Shown here: one piece after another, positions 20,229 through 32,000 of the stretch
How the letters are laid out: each line of letters starts with the position of its first letter
Numbering within the stretch: position 1 is the first letter of the stretch
Assembly (NCBI GenBank): GCA_000043285.1
Contig: BX248583.1
Coordinates: 600,001-632,000, forward strand
From: Candidatus Blochmanniella floridana
GTDB taxonomy: Bacteria; Pseudomonadota; Gammaproteobacteria; Enterobacterales; Enterobacteriaceae
Direction: 5' to 3'
Length of the DNA stretch: 32,000 nucleotides
Program-made: the position numbers and the translations under genes
Notes under the pieces: model-generated
Databases searched by the model: none
What the model was told of the DNA's origin: nothing
The model's input: only the letters and a program-made list of their open reading frames with translations

Positions 20229-23200
20229 TCAAGTTGCATTTAATAACTCAGTTAAATTAGCTGATGCTTCATCTGCTGTCACTGGAATAGTTTCAATAAG
20301 ATTTTCTTTTAATTTACTATCACTATAACTCTCAGAATAACGTTTTAAAATACGTTTTTGATGATATGCATAACCAGTTCCAGCTGGAATTAAGCGACCA
20401 ACAATTACATTTTCCTTTAAACCTCTTAAATCATCTTTTTTACCAGCTACAGAGGACTCTGTTAAAACCCTAGTCGTTTCTTGAAAAGATGCTGCAGAAA
20501 TAAACGACTCTGTAGCTAATGATGCTTTAGTAATACCCAGTAAATTACGTACAAAACTAACCTTTACTTTACCTTCTCTTTCTAATGTTTGATTAACAAT
20601 TTTAATACGCGCATACTCTACTTGTTCCCCAGCTAAAAAATCAGAATCACCTGATCGAATAACTATAGCCTTACGCAACATTTGTCGAATTATTACTTCT
20701 ATATGTTTATCATTAATTTTTACTCCTTGTAAACGATATACCTCCTGTACTTCATTAACAATATAATTAGTAACAGCATGTACTCCTCTTAATCGCAAAA
20801 TATCATGAGGAGACTCTGGTCCATCAGAAATAACATCTCCTCGTTCTACATATTCACCCTCAAAAACATTAAGATGACGCCATTTAGGAATCATCTCTTC
20901 ATATATATTTTCTCCTCCATTCTCATCTGTAGAACAAATCATTAAACGACGCTTCCCTTTTGTTTCTTTACCAAAAGAAATAACTCCACTAATTTCTGCT
21001 AAAATAGCAGCTTCCTTCGGACGACGAGCTTCAAAAAGATCCGCAACACGTGGTAATCCTCCTGTAATATCTTTTGTTCCGCTAGTTTCATGAGGTAATC
21101 TAGCTAATACATCCCCAGAAATAATCCTAGATCCATCAACAAGTTGAATCACACTTTTACCAGGTAAAAAATACTGAGCTGAAATATCAGTTCCGGGTAT
21201 AAAAATATCATAACCATTAACATCTATTATTTTTAGAGTTGGTCGCAAATCCTTAGCACTACTTACCCGTTCTGATGTATCTAATACAACAATAGAAGTC
21301 AATCCAGTCAAATCATCAGTTTGATGAATAACACTTTGACCATCTACCATATCAATAAACTTCACAAAACCACTTACCTCTGCAATAACCGGCATAGTAT
21401 GTGGATCCCAATAAGCTACTATTTCTCCGCTTACCGCTAATTCTCCATCCTTTTTCATTACTATAGAACCATAAGGAATCTTATAACTTTCTTTAGCTCG
21501 ATCAAATTGATCAACAATTTTTAATTCAGCATGACGAGAAGTAATTACCAATTTACCTTGACCATTGATTACAGCTTTAACATTTTTCAATCGAACAATA
21601 CCTTGATTTTTTATTTGAATACTAGACTCAGATGCAACTCTAGAAGCAGCCCCACCTATATGAAAAGTCCGCATAGTCAATTGAGTACCAGGCTCTCCTA
21701 TCGATTGAGCAGCGATCACTCCAATAGCCTCTCCTTTATTTACTAATTTTCCTCGAGCCAAATCCCTCCCATAACACTTAGCACACACACCAAAATCAGT
21801 ATCACATGTTACAACCGATCGTACCTTAACAACATCAATTAAATATTCATCTAAAATATCACAATAAAATTCATCCAACAAAATATTACGTTTAATCAAG
21901 ACTTCACTGTTACTAACATCACTATCATTACTAGATTTTAAAATATCTTCTGCTAACACTCGACCTAAAACACGCTCTCTTAACGATTCTTTTACATCTC
22001 CACCTTCAATAATTGCACTCATAACAATACCAGCAAAAGTGTTACAATCATCTTGAGTAATTACTAAATCTTGAGCAACATCCACCAAACGACGAGTTAA
22101 ATAACCAGAATTTGCAGTTTTTAACGCAGTATCCGCTAATCCTTTTCGAGCTCCATGTGTAGAAATAAAATATTGCAATACATTTAATCCTTCACGAAAA
22201 TTCGCAGTAATAGGAGTTTCAATAATAGATCCATCTGGTTTAGCCATCAAACCCCGCATACCTGCAAGTTGACGAATTTGAGCTGCTGACCCCCGAGCTC
22301 CAGAATCTGCCATCATAAAAATATTATTAAATGATGCCTGTGTCTCTAATAAACCATGACTATTTATCACTGTTTCAGTAGCTAAATTATCCATCATTGC
22401 CTTTGAAACTCGTTCATTAGCTGACGCCCAAATATCAATCACCTTATTATAACGCTCACCTGCAGTAACTAATCCAGTCTGAAACTGCTCTTGAATCTCT
22501 GCTACTTCAGATTCTGCCGCATCAATAATATCAACTTTTTTTGTGGGAATGATCATATCATCAATACCTACAGATGCTCCAGACCTAGCAGCATATGTAA
22601 AACCAGTATACATAATTTGATCAGCAAACATTACAGTAGACTGTAATCCTAACACACGATAACAATGATTCAGCATCATAGAAATAGATTTTTTTCCTAA
22701 TACTTTATTGACTAAATCAAAAGATAACCCTTTAGGAACAATCATCCAAAAAATAGCACGACCTATCGTGCTATTTACAAAATTTATTTTATCTACCCAT
22801 CTTCCATGATTATCTAACTTGTATTCAGTAATACGAACTTTAACTCTAGCATGTAATTCTGCTATACCCAAACGATATAATCGCTCTGCCTCTTTTGGGT
22901 TAGATAATACCATTCCTTCTCCTTTAGAATTAATTCGATCTCTAGTCATATAATATAATCCTAACACCACATCCTGAGATGGAACAATAATTGGTTCTCC
23001 ATTAGCTGGAGACAAAATATTATTAGTCGACATCATCAAAGCTCGCGCTTCTAATTGAGCTTCTAGAGTTAATGGCACATGAACAGCCATTTGATCACCA
23101 TCAAAATCAGCATTATATGCTGCACACACCAACGGATGTAATTGAATAGCTTTTCCTTCTATTAAAATAGGCTCAAATGCCTGAATACCTAATCTATGTA

Positions 23201-24491
23201 ATGTCGGAGCTCTATTTAACATAACAGGATGTTCTTTAATTACATCCTCAAGAATATCCCACACCACTGATTCCTCTCGATCAACCATTTTTTTTGCAGC
23301 TTTAATAGTACTAGCTAATCCCTTTAATTCTAACTGACCATAAATAAACGGTTTAAATAATTCCAAAGCCATTTTTTTTGGTAAACCACATTGATGCAAT
23401 TTTAAATAAGGACCAACAGTAATAACTGATCTACCAGAATAATCGACACGTTTTCCTAATAAGTTTTGACGAAATCTACCCTGTTTTCCTTTAATCATAT
23501 CTGCCAAAGATTTTAAAGGACGTTTATTAGCTCCAGTTATTGCTCGTCCTCTCCGTCCATTATCTAATAAAGCATCTACAGCTTCCTGTAACATTCTTTT
23601 TTCATTACGCACTATTATCTCAGGAGCAGATAAATCCAGCAACCGTTTTAATCTATTATTACGATTAATAACTCGACGATACAAATCATTCAAATCAGAA
23701 GTAGCAAAACGACCTCCATCCAATGGAACCAACGGCCTTAAATCTGGTGGTAAAACTGGTAAAACATTCAAAATCATCCATTCCGGTTTATTATTAGACA
23801 ATATAAAAGACTCAATTAATTTTATACGTTTTGACACTTTCTTACGTTTAGTTTCAGAATGGCTATCTTCTAAAAAAGCTCGTAAACATTCACATTCATT
23901 TTTCAAATCCATATTTTTTAACAAAATCTGAATAGCTTCAGCTCCCATTTTTGCTTCAAATTCATCGCCAAATTCTTCTAAAGCATCTAAATACTCCTCT
24001 TCAGTTAAAATTTGACGACATTCAAGGCTAGTCATACCTCCTTCTACTACTACATACGATTCAAAATATAATACCCGTTCAATATCACGTAATGGCATAT
24101 CTAACAACAACCCAATACGAGAAGGTAAGGATTTTAAAAACCAAATATGCGCAGTAGGAGAAGCTAATTCTATATGTCCCATACGTTCTCTACGCACTTT
24201 GCTTTGAGTAACTTCTACTCCACACTTTTCACACACCACTCCTCGATGCTTTAAACGTTTATATTTACCACATAAACATTCATAATCCTTAATGGGCCCA
24301 AAAATACGAGAACAAAACAAACCATCCCGTTCTGGCTTAAAAGTTCGATAATTAATAGTTTCTGGCTTCTTTACTTCCCCAAAAGACCACGACCTAATCA
24401 TATCCGGTGAAGCAAGCTGAATTTTAATTGTATTAAATTCCTCTATTTTCCCATTACTATGTGTCTTAAAAAACTTAAATAAATCTTTCAC
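20229..24491 (-). CDS. rpoC: DNA-directed RNA polymerase beta' subunit
   Basis: 1420 aa, collinear with E. coli RpoC, including the zinc finger CLCGKYK..C.KCG and the catalytic NADFDGDQM motif. Confidence 0.98.
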   Translation of the reverse strand: MKDLFKFFKTHSNGKIEEFNTIKIQLASPDMIRSWSFGEVKKPETINYRTFKPERDGLFCSRIFGPIKDYECLCGKYKRLKHRGVVCEKCGVEVTQSKVRRERMGHIELASPTAHIWFLKSLPSRIGLLLDMPLRDIERVLYFESYVVVEGGMTSLECRQILTEEEYLDALEEFGDEFEAKMGAEAIQILLKNMDLKNECECLRAFLEDSHSETKRKKVSKRIKLIESFILSNNKPEWMILNVLPVLPPDLRPLVPLDGGRFATSDLNDLYRRVINRNNRLKRLLDLSAPEIIVRNEKRMLQEAVDALLDNGRRGRAITGANKRPLKSLADMIKGKQGRFRQNLLGKRVDYSGRSVITVGPYLKLHQCGLPKKMALELFKPFIYGQLELKGLASTIKAAKKMVDREESVVWDILEDVIKEHPVMLNRAPTLHRLGIQAFEPILIEGKAIQLHPLVCAAYNADFDGDQMAVHVPLTLEAQLEARALMMSTNNILSPANGEPIIVPSQDVVLGLYYMTRDRINSKGEGMVLSNPKEAERLYRLGIAELHARVKVRITEYKLDNHGRWVDKINFVNSTIGRAIFWMIVPKGLSFDLVNKVLGKKSISMMLNHCYRVLGLQSTVMFADQIMYTGFTYAARSGASVGIDDMIIPTKKVDIIDAAESEVAEIQEQFQTGLVTAGERYNKVIDIWASANERVSKAMMDNLATETVINSHGLLETQASFNNIFMMADSGARGSAAQIRQLAGMRGLMAKPDGSIIETPITANFREGLNVLQYFISTHGARKGLADTALKTANSGYLTRRLVDVAQDLVITQDDCNTFAGIVMSAIIEGGDVKESLRERVLGRVLAEDILKSSNDSDVSNSEVLIKRNILLDEFYCDILDEYLIDVVKVRSVVTCDTDFGVCAKCYGRDLARGKLVNKGEAIGVIAAQSIGEPGTQLTMRTFHIGGAASRVASESSIQIKNQGIVRLKNVKAVINGQGKLVITSRHAELKIVDQFDRAKESYKIPYGSIVMKKDGELAVSGEIVAYWDPHTMPVIAEVSGFVKFIDMVDGQSVIHQTDDLTGLTSIVVLDTSERVSSAKDLRPTLKIIDVNGYDIFIPGTDISAQYFLPGKSVIQLVDGSRIISGDVLARLPHETSGTKDITGGLPRVADLFEARRPKEAAILAEISGVISFGKETKGKRRLMICSTDENGGENIYEEMIPKWRHLNVFEGEYVERGDVISDGPESPHDILRLRGVHAVTNYIVNEVQEVYRLQGVKINDKHIEVIIRQMLRKAIVIRSGDSDFLAGEQVEYARIKIVNQTLEREGKVKVSFVRNLLGITKASLATESFISAASFQETTRVLTESSVAGKKDDLRGLKENVIVGRLIPAGTGYAYHQKRILKRYSESYSDSKLKENLIETIPVTADEASANLTELLNAT

Positions 24492-24605
24492 ACCAAACCC
24501 TTATTCAAAATAATAATACAAAAAATACATCACTGAAAATCCAGTCTTATTTAAGATAAATCAATATATTCAAAAATAATCACAATAATACTACTGATTA
24601 TATAC

Positions 24606-27600
24606 TCAATCATCTAACTCAATATTAATTGCTAAAGAACGAATTTCCTTTAATAAGACATTAAAAGACTCAGGCATTCCAGGCTCCATCATATGATTAC
24701 CATCGATAATATTCTTATACATTTTTGTTCGACCATTAACATCATCTGATTTTACAGTCAACATTTCCTGCAAAGTATATGATGCACCATATGCTTCTAA
24801 GGCCCACACCTCCATTTCTCCAAAACGTTGACCTCCAAACTGTGCCTTACCTCCTAATGGTTGCTGTGTTACCAAACTATAAGACCCTGTTGAACGTGCA
24901 TGCATTTTATCATCTACTAAATGATTTAATTTCAACATATACATATAACCTACAGTAACTTTTCTTTCAAATACCTCTCCTGTACATCCATCAAACAAAG
25001 TAATTTGACCAGAAGTAGGCAATCCTGATAATTGTAACAACTCTTTTATTTCCTGTTCTGTAGCTCCATCAAAAACCGGGGTAGCAATCGGCATTCCTGA
25101 TTTCAAATTTTTAGCTAATCTCAATACTTCTAAATCTGAAAATGTATTAAGATCAATATTTTGTCTAACCCCTACTCCTAATTTATAAGCTTTTTGGATA
25201 AATTTTCTTAACTTATTAATTTCTTGATGTTGTTGTAACATCAAATTAATCTGATCTCCAATACCTTTCGCTGCCATACCAAGATGAGTTTCTAAAATTT
25301 GACCAATATTCATACGAGAAGGCACACCCAAAGGATTTAATACTATATCAACAGGCACTCCATATTCATCATATGGCATATCTTCCACTGGATTGATTTT
25401 TGAAATCACTCCTTTATTACCATGACGACCCGCCATTTTATCCCCAGGTTGTATTTGACGTTTAACAGCCAAATATACTTTGACAACTTTTAATATACCA
25501 GGAGCTAATTCATCCCCTTGAGTGATCTTCTGATATTGAATAGAAATTTTTTCTTCAAATATACGCTTTAAATCTAAATATTGATGAGATAACTGTAATA
25601 ATTGATTCTGTTTAGTGATATCTTTCAACTTTAAATTCAACCAAGCACAACGATTCATGTCTAATAAACTTTCTTTTTTAACACCACTAGATATCAACAA
25701 AGCATAAACTCGATCAAATAAAGCTGATTCAAATATTTTTAATTCTTCCCCTAAATCTTTTTTTATTTGATTTAATTTTGTTAATTCAATATTTAAAGCA
25801 CGTTTATCTTTTTTTATCCCATCCCGAGTAAATATTTGTACATCAATTACAGTTCCGCAAATTCCATTAGGCACGCGAAGCGATGAATCTTTCACATCAG
25901 ATGCTTTCTCTCCAAAAATAGCTCGTAATAGCTTTTCCTCTGGCGTTAACTGAGTTTCTCCTTTAGGCGTGATTTTTCCGACCAAAATATCTCCTCCTAC
26001 TACCTCTGCTCCAATATATACTACTCCAACCTCATCTAACTTAGATAACGCTGTCTCTCCAATATTTGGAATATCCGATGTAATTTCTTCAGGACCCAAT
26101 TTAGTATCTCGAGAAATACAAGATAACTCTTGAATATGTATACTAGTAAATCTATCTTCTTGTACTACTCGTTCTGAAACTAACATTGAATCTTCAAAAT
26201 TATATCCATTCCAAGGCATAAAAGCTATTCTCATATTTTGACCTAACGCTAATTCCCCTAAATCAGTAGAAGGCCCATCTGCTATAACATCACCTTTTTT
26301 AATTAATTCACCTAATTCAACGCAAGGTCTCTGATTAATACAAGTATTTTGATTCGATCTAACATATTTTTTCAAATTATAAATATCAATACCAGCTTCT
26401 TCAACACTTATTTCATTGACATTAACATGTATTACGATACGCGATGCATCTACATACTTAACCATACCTCCTCGTTTTGCTACTACAGTAACTCCGGAAT
26501 CAACTGCTACCGAACGTTCCATACCAGTACCCACTAAAGGTTTTTCACTACGTATCACAGGTACTGCTTGTCTCTGCATATTCGCCCCCATCAAAGCACG
26601 ATTTGCATCATCATGTTCAAGAAAAGGAATTAATGAAGCAGCAACTGAAACTATTTGTTGAGTAGAAACATCCATATAATCGATCTGATCTTTTCTAAAC
26701 AATCCAGATTCCCCTTTATTTCTACACGTTATTAAATCATCAATAAATTGACCGTCTTTATTTAAATTAGTATTTGCTTGAGCTATGATAAAATCACCCT
26801 CTTCAATAGCTGATAAATAATGAATATCATTACTAACCTTTCCATCACAAACCCTACGATAAGGAGTTTCTAAAAACCCATACTTATTCGTACGAGCATA
26901 TACAGATAACGAATTAATTAATCCTATATTTGGACCCTCTGGAGTCTCAATAGGACAAACTCTTCCGTAATGAGTAGGATGTACATCACGAACCTCAAAT
27001 CCTGCTCGTTCCCGAGTTAATCCTCCCGGCCCCAATGCTGAAATACGACGTTTATGAGTAATTTCTGATAACGGATTGTTTTGATCCATAAATTGTGACA
27101 ATTGACTAGAATTAAAAAATTCCCTTACAGCCGCAGAAATAGGTTTAGCATTAATTAAATCCTGTGGTGTTAATACATCTAAATCTCCTAAGGACAAACG
27201 TTCCTTGACCGCTCTTTCTACTCTAACTAATCCAATTCGAAACTGATTCTCTGCCATCTCTCCTACAGATCGAATACGTCTATTCCCTAAATGATCAATA
27301 TCATCAACATCCCCTTTCCCATTTCTAATATCAATCAATTTTTTTATTACATCGATAATATCATTCTTTGTTAACACTCCACTCCCAGAAATATCGTCAC
27401 GTTGCAATGAACGATTAAACTTCATTCTTCCTACATCAGATAAATCATAACGCTCTTCTAAAAAAAATAAACTTTCAAATAAATACTCAGCAGCTTCTTT
27501 AGTGGGAGGCTCTCCTGGACGCATAACACGATAAATCTCCACTAATGCATCAAATCTAGTTACAGTAGAATCAATACGTAAAGTTTCAGAAATATAATTT

Positions 27601-28634
27601 CCATAATCTAAATCATTACTAAACAAAGTTTCAATAATATTAAAACCTGATTTCACCAAATTATGTAATATATCCATAGAAATTTCTGTATTAGCAGCAA
27701 CAATCAGTTCCCCATTTTTTATATCTAAATAATCCTTAATAATCACTTTACCCATTAAATAATTTAATGGAACTTCAACTTTTATAATATTATCAGCCTT
27801 TAATTTATTAATATGTTTACTTGTAATACGACGACCTCTTTCTACGTATATAATATCATTTGCTTTTATATCAAAAGATACCGTTTCACCCCGCAATCTT
27901 TCAGGAACTAAATTCATAAAAAGTAAATCATCTTTAAATTCATAAACTACCGTATTAAAAAAAGTATTTAAAATCTGATCATTAGTATAATCTAATGCTC
28001 TTAATAACACTGTTACAGGTAACTTTCGACGACGATCAATTCTAACAAATAAATTATCTTTCAAATCAAACTCAAAATCTAACCAAGATCCTCTATATGG
28101 AATAATACGGGCAGTATATAATATCTTTCCAGATGAATGTGTTTTCCCTTTATCACTATCAAAAAATACACCCGGACTTCTATGCAATTGAGATACAACA
28201 ACTCGTTCAATTCCATTAATAATAAAAGTTCCATTATCAGTCATTAATGGAATCTCTCCCATATACACTTCTTGTTGCTGAGTTCTTTTTATTGTGTTAT
28301 ACGCAGATCCATCCCTTTCATAAATTACTAAACATAACTGCACTCTTAACGGAGCAGCAAACGTCATTCCACGAATCTGACATTCTTTTACATCAAATAC
28401 TGGTTCTCCTAATTTATAATCAAGATATCGTAACTCTGCATTTCCATTATAACTTTTGATAGGAAAAACTGACCTAAACGCTGATTCTAAACCATTCTGA
28501 CCCTCTGGATCTTTTTTAACAAATTTCTGAAAAGAACCTAATTGAATAGAAAGAAGATATGGAATATCTAAAACTTGAGGTCGTTTCCCAAAATCTTTCC
28601 GGATACGTTTTTTTTCAGTATAAGAAAACACCAT
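24606..28634 (-). CDS. rpoB: DNA-directed RNA polymerase beta subunit
   Basis: Collinear with E. coli RpoB from [16 protein letters not shown]. The track start at 28646 is a TTG. The ATG at 28634 is preceded by GAGG and matches the E. coli N-terminus. Rifampicin cluster I is wild-type ([30 protein letters not shown]). Confidence 0.98.
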   Translation of the reverse strand: MVFSYTEKKRIRKDFGKRPQVLDIPYLLSIQLGSFQKFVKKDPEGQNGLESAFRSVFPIKSYNGNAELRYLDYKLGEPVFDVKECQIRGMTFAAPLRVQLCLVIYERDGSAYNTIKRTQQQEVYMGEIPLMTDNGTFIINGIERVVVSQLHRSPGVFFDSDKGKTHSSGKILYTARIIPYRGSWLDFEFDLKDNLFVRIDRRRKLPVTVLLRALDYTNDQILNTFFNTVVYEFKDDLLFMNLVPERLRGETVSFDIKANDIIYVERGRRITSKHINKLKADNIIKVEVPLNYLMGKVIIKDYLDIKNGELIVAANTEISMDILHNLVKSGFNIIETLFSNDLDYGNYISETLRIDSTVTRFDALVEIYRVMRPGEPPTKEAAEYLFESLFFLEERYDLSDVGRMKFNRSLQRDDISGSGVLTKNDIIDVIKKLIDIRNGKGDVDDIDHLGNRRIRSVGEMAENQFRIGLVRVERAVKERLSLGDLDVLTPQDLINAKPISAAVREFFNSSQLSQFMDQNNPLSEITHKRRISALGPGGLTRERAGFEVRDVHPTHYGRVCPIETPEGPNIGLINSLSVYARTNKYGFLETPYRRVCDGKVSNDIHYLSAIEEGDFIIAQANTNLNKDGQFIDDLITCRNKGESGLFRKDQIDYMDVSTQQIVSVAASLIPFLEHDDANRALMGANMQRQAVPVIRSEKPLVGTGMERSVAVDSGVTVVAKRGGMVKYVDASRIVIHVNVNEISVEEAGIDIYNLKKYVRSNQNTCINQRPCVELGELIKKGDVIADGPSTDLGELALGQNMRIAFMPWNGYNFEDSMLVSERVVQEDRFTSIHIQELSCISRDTKLGPEEITSDIPNIGETALSKLDEVGVVYIGAEVVGGDILVGKITPKGETQLTPEEKLLRAIFGEKASDVKDSSLRVPNGICGTVIDVQIFTRDGIKKDKRALNIELTKLNQIKKDLGEELKIFESALFDRVYALLISSGVKKESLLDMNRCAWLNLKLKDITKQNQLLQLSHQYLDLKRIFEEKISIQYQKITQGDELAPGILKVVKVYLAVKRQIQPGDKMAGRHGNKGVISKINPVEDMPYDEYGVPVDIVLNPLGVPSRMNIGQILETHLGMAAKGIGDQINLMLQQHQEINKLRKFIQKAYKLGVGVRQNIDLNTFSDLEVLRLAKNLKSGMPIATPVFDGATEQEIKELLQLSGLPTSGQITLFDGCTGEVFERKVTVGYMYMLKLNHLVDDKMHARSTGSYSLVTQQPLGGKAQFGGQRFGEMEVWALEAYGASYTLQEMLTVKSDDVNGRTKMYKNIIDGNHMMEPGMPESFNVLLKEIRSLAINIELDD

Positions 28635-28840
28635 ACATTGCCTCAATAATTAAAGATCAACTATTATTACAAAATAATCAAAATTTAAAATAAATACTAA
28701 TTACTCTATCAAATACCAATACAGCATCATTATCAGCTAACGATTAATTTAAGATCCCCCTAACTTAACAATAAAATTCTATACCACATATACATCTATC
28801 TAATAATATATCAAGAAATATCCTGTGACTCTATCTCCTT

Positions 28841-29221
28841 TTATTTAATTTCCACAGATGCTCCTACTGATTCTAGAGTTTTCTTCAAATTATCTGCATC
28901 ATCTTTACTAACTGATTCCTTTAATGTAACTGGTGCCGATTCCACAAGATCCTTAGCTTCCTTTAAACCTAATCCAGTAATACTCCGTACTGCTTTAATA
29001 ACAGGAATTTTATTACCTCCAATAGAACTTAAAATAACTGTAAACTCGGTTTGTTCCACCTGAGTTGATTCTGATTCTGTTACCACATTTTCAACCGAAG
29101 AAATATGTGAACTAGCAGCAGATACTCCAAACTTCTTTTCTATCATAGAAATCAATTGCATTATATCCATTACAGACATTTCTGAAATAGCATCCAAAAC
29201 TTCTTCTTTTTTAAGGGACAT
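28841..29221 (-). CDS. rplL: 50S ribosomal protein L7/L12
   Basis: 126 aa with an [24 protein letters not shown]-terminus and a [16 protein letters not shown]-terminal domain. Confidence 0.96.
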   Translation of the reverse strand: MSLKKEEVLDAISEMSVMDIMQLISMIEKKFGVSAASSHISSVENVVTESESTQVEQTEFTVILSSIGGNKIPVIKAVRSITGLGLKEAKDLVESAPVTLKESVSKDDADNLKKTLESVGASVEIK

Positions 29222-29315
29222 AAAATTTCCTAAATAAACAACACAAAATTAAAATAAAAACTAAATTGTAAATAAACACTGTTATTTACTAATATTGATT
29301 TATATTCATATGAAA

Positions 29316-29813
29316 TTATTCTTCAATTATCTGATTAGATAGTATTTTCAATACATTAATTAATTTTCCCACACTCATTACCTTTAAAATCAATATCAAT
29401 TGCAATAATGATTCATTATAATTAGGCAATCTAGACAACATATCTATTTGATCTTTATCTATAAAATTACCTTCACAAACTGCACCTGCTATTTTAAAAT
29501 ATTCATTATTTTTAGAAAAATTTACTAATACTCGGGCAGCATCACTAGGATTGTTAATAGAAAAAGCTATAATGTTCTGTCCAATACAAAAATTTGATAA
29601 ACACTCATATAATGAATTTTTCAACGCTCTACGTAATAACGTATTTGGAATAACTTTAATATATACTCCACAATCTCGAGATTCTTTTCGCAATTGATTC
29701 ATCGAATTTGACGTTATATTACTCAAAGAAGCAATTACCGCAGATGAAGAAATCTTAAAAACCTCCTGGATCTTACAAACGATCTGCTCTTTTTTTTTAA
29801 TACTTAAAACCAT
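29316..29813 (-). CDS. rplJ: 50S ribosomal protein L10
   Basis: The ATG at 29813 gives 165 aa, the E. coli length, whereas the track start at 29834 is a TTG. The conserved NTLLRRA motif is present, and the gene sits upstream of rplL. Confidence 0.9.
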
Positions 29814-30130
29814 TGATTCATACCTATATACCAATTAAAGTTTATCACCAGTAATACCATAACAAAATAATTTTGTTCTTCTCGCCATTACTAAAAAACA
29901 AGTATCTACATATACTTAACAATATATTCTAATTATCAGAACAATCCTTATATTACAACAATAAAACCAAAATCATTATTACATAATATAAATCAAATAT
30001 ACAACATTTATTACATCAGTATACTGCAAATACAAAATATATTCCCCATAGTCGATATATATTCCCGATACCATCAAAAAAATAAAAATAATAAAAAAAT
30101 TACCAAATTAAACAATCCATTCATTACTAC
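29814..30130 (-). promoter_or_regulatory. Long rplJ 5' leader / rplA-rplJ spacer, the expected location of the L10 promoter and the L10(L12)4 autoregulatory leader
   Basis: This call rests on position only. A 317-nt noncoding spacer occupies the place where E. coli has the long rplJ leader. I did not verify the leader structure. Confidence 0.3.
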
Positions 30131-30838
30131 TTAATGTATAAGTACATTGAGGCTACTCTTATCTATTAATATAGATCTACCCATAGTAGTAGAAATATAT
30201 ATTTTTTTTATATATATACCCTTAAATTGCGTTGGTTTTACTTGATATATAGAAAAAACTAATGCTTCCAAATTCTCTTGTAAACATGAAATATTAAAAT
30301 TTATTTTCCCAATAACGGCATGAATAATACCATTCTTATCATTTTTATATCGTACTTGACCTAATTTAAAATTTCTAATTGTATCAGTCAAATTCTGAGT
30401 TACAGTACTCATTTTAGGGTTAGGCATTAAACCTTTAGGACCTAAAATAGGTCCTAATTGGCTAACTATATTCATCACATCAGGAGATGCAATAAATACA
30501 TCAAATCCAGTACACCCTTTTGTTTTTATCAATTGACATAAATCCTCTAATCCCGCAAAATCAGCTCCAGCTCGCCTAGCTAATACTACATTAGATTCAC
30601 CTTGAGTAAAAACAGCAATCCTAATTTTTTTACCAAGACCATGAGGCATTACAACACTATTTCGTACATTTTGATCAGACCTACGAGGATTAATTCCTAA
30701 ATTAACAGCAACATCTACATTTTCTACAAACTTAACTCTTGCAGTTTCTTGCAATATTCTCAAACCATCTGCAATATTATACTGCACAGACTTATCTATA
30801 CAGTTTAATATTTTTTTTCTTTTACTCAATCTATTCAT
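30131..30838 (-). CDS. rplA: 50S ribosomal protein L1
   Basis: 235 aa, collinear with E. coli L1 ([36 protein letters not shown]). It has a 4-nt ATGA overlap with the rplK stop. Confidence 0.96.
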   Translation of the reverse strand: MNRLSKRKKILNCIDKSVQYNIADGLRILQETARVKFVENVDVAVNLGINPRRSDQNVRNSVVMPHGLGKKIRIAVFTQGESNVVLARRAGADFAGLEDLCQLIKTKGCTGFDVFIASPDVMNIVSQLGPILGPKGLMPNPKMSTVTQNLTDTIRNFKLGQVRYKNDKNGIIHAVIGKINFNISCLQENLEALVFSIYQVKPTQFKGIYIKKIYISTTMGRSILIDKSSLNVLIH

Positions 30839-31275
30839 AAATTATCCTCTACTTCTAATCCTATAGAACGAGCAGTTCCCATAATAGATTTCGATGCCGA
30901 TTCCAAATTTAAACTCGTCATATCAATTAATTTTATTTTTGCAATCTCATAAATTTGACTAATCAATACTTTTCCTACACTTACACATTTTGGTTTTTCA
31001 GATCCTGACTTAATTCCAGCTGCCTTTTTTAACAAAAATACAGCTGTAGGTGTTTTAATTACAAACGAAAAAGAACGATCAACATATACTGTAATAACCA
31101 CAGGTAAAATCAACCCCATTTCAAAATCCGCAGTCCTAGTATTAAAATCCTTACAAAACTTCATAATATTAATTCCTTGCTGTCCTAAAGCAGGACCAAT
31201 AGGAGGACTAGGAGTAGCCGATCTAGCCTCAATTTGTAATTTAATACATGATTGAACTTTTTTTTTAACAATCAT
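30835..31275 (-). CDS. rplK: 50S ribosomal protein L11
   Basis: The ATG at 31275 gives 146 aa beginning [36 protein letters not shown], matching E. coli L11. The longer ORF in the track is an upstream extension with no homology. Confidence 0.94.
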   Translation of the reverse strand: MIVKKKVQSCIKLQIEARSATPSPPIGPALGQQGINIMKFCKDFNTRTADFEMGLILPVVITVYVDRSFSFVIKTPTAVFLLKKAAGIKSGSEKPKCVSVGKVLISQIYEIAKIKLIDMTSLNLESASKSIMGTARSIGLEVEDNL

Positions 31276-31329
31276 ACAAATATCCCAAAATTGTCTAAAA
31301 CTAATAGATAACAAAATATCAATTACATG

Positions 31330-31357
31330 ATAATACAATATTGATATTAAATATCAA
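31330..31357 (-). promoter_or_regulatory. Candidate rplKA (L11 operon) promoter
   Basis: The minus strand reads TTGATA-16 nt-TATTAT in the nusG-rplK spacer, about 50 nt upstream of the rplK ATG. The hexamer match is the only evidence. Confidence 0.25.
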
Positions 31358-31382
31358 CTCCAATACAAAAAATTAACTAAAA

Positions 31383-31928
31383 CTAGGACTTTTCAACTTG
31401 AGCAAAATCTAAATCTACAGGAGTAGATCGTCCAAATATAGATACTGATACCTTAAGTCGATTTTTTTCATAATCTACTTCCTCTACTACAGCATTAAAA
31501 TCAGAAAACGGCCCATCACTAACTCGAATCAACTCTCCTGGCTCAAAAAGAGTTTTTGGTCTTGGTTTATCACCTATTTGCTTTAATTTACATATAATAG
31601 CATCAACTTCTTTATCTCCGATAGGAGCAGGCTTATCACAAGTTCCCCCTACAAAACCTAATACCTTCGGTACATTTTTCACTAAATGCCAACTAGAACT
31701 ATTCATAACCATTTGTACTAACACATAACCCGGAAAAAATTTACGCTCACTTTTTCGACGTTGTCCAGAACGCATTTCCACTACTTCCTCTGTAGGCACC
31801 ATTATATCCCCAAACATAGAACTCATATCTTTTATTTTAATATGTTCTTTCAAAGCACGAGCAACCTGATTTTCAAATCCAGAAAAAGCTTGAACAACGT
31901 ACCAACGCTTCCTTAAAATATCTAACAT
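31383..31928 (-). CDS. nusG: Transcription termination/antitermination factor NusG
   Basis: 181 aa, the same length as E. coli NusG. It has a [14 protein letters not shown]-terminus and a C-terminal KOW domain. Confidence 0.96.
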   Translation of the reverse strand: MLDILRKRWYVVQAFSGFENQVARALKEHIKIKDMSSMFGDIMVPTEEVVEMRSGQRRKSERKFFPGYVLVQMVMNSSSWHLVKNVPKVLGFVGGTCDKPAPIGDKEVDAIICKLKQIGDKPRPKTLFEPGELIRVSDGPFSDFNAVVEEVDYEKNRLKVSVSIFGRSTPVDLDFAQVEKS

Positions 31929-31929
31929 A

Positions 31930-32000
31930 TTATAACCTCAATCCAAATGCTATTACATGCACTAAAACAGCATCCAACCCCCAAACTAACAAAGACATTA
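31930..32000 (-). CDS. secE: Preprotein translocase subunit SecE, C-terminal 22 codons plus stop; the remainder lies beyond the window end
   Basis: Hand translation of the reverse strand gives [22 protein letters not shown], matching the E. coli SecE C-terminus [24 protein letters not shown]. The stop at 31930-31932 lies 1 nt before the nusG ATG. Confidence 0.85.
   Translation of the reverse strand, partial: MSLLVWGLDAVLVHVIAFGLRL

Noticed and set aside
28635-28646. N-terminal extensions in the ORF track for rpoB (28646), rplJ (29834), rplK (31338) and the SMR gene (11226).
   Set aside because: The rpoB, rplJ and SMR-gene extensions begin at TTG codons. None of the four has a counterpart in the E. 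coli orthologues. Internal ATGs restore the canonical N-termini and lengths, and the rpoB ATG is preceded by GAGG, so I annotated the shorter forms.

Overview
This is a strongly AT-rich window in which every long ORF is a conserved housekeeping protein that aligns collinearly with Escherichia coli. That pattern is typical of a reduced-genome, Enterobacterales-derived insect endosymbiont. A Blochmannia-like organism is a low-confidence guess, based only on composition and on insertions in the 16S gene.

Gene order from left to right:
- minus strand: glyA (partial), tadA, acpS, pdxJ, rnc, lepB, lepA
- mixed strands: ung (+), grpE (-), nadK (+), bamE (+), ratA (-)
- plus strand: smpB, ssrA tmRNA, an EmrE-like SMR pump, pssA
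- minus strand: one rRNA operon, 16S - tRNA-Glu(UUC) - 23S, with no 5S gene
- plus strand: purH
- minus strand: rpoC, rpoB, rplL, rplJ, rplA, rplK, nusG, secE (partial)

I see no mobile elements, CRISPR arrays, prophage or defence genes, and no unassigned ORF that could encode a novel system. The largest unassigned spacers are about 300-350 nt, namely the rplJ leader and the rrs/purH divergent region.

The features worth a second look are structural rather than a new gene system:
- AT-rich insertions at classical intervening-sequence sites of 23S (helix 45, helix 25) and 16S (helix 10, helix 6)
- an rRNA operon that ends in a terminator without a 5S gene
- unusually long perfect inverted repeats: a 36-bp stem overlapping the pssA stop, a 38-bp palindrome where era and recO would be expected, and a 21-bp stem next to grpE
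- synteny breakpoints at the rRNA operon
- RNA genes without an encoded CCA end
- slippage-prone A9-A10 tracts inside essential genes

RNA gene ends are hand-aligned and accurate to about +/-5 nt.
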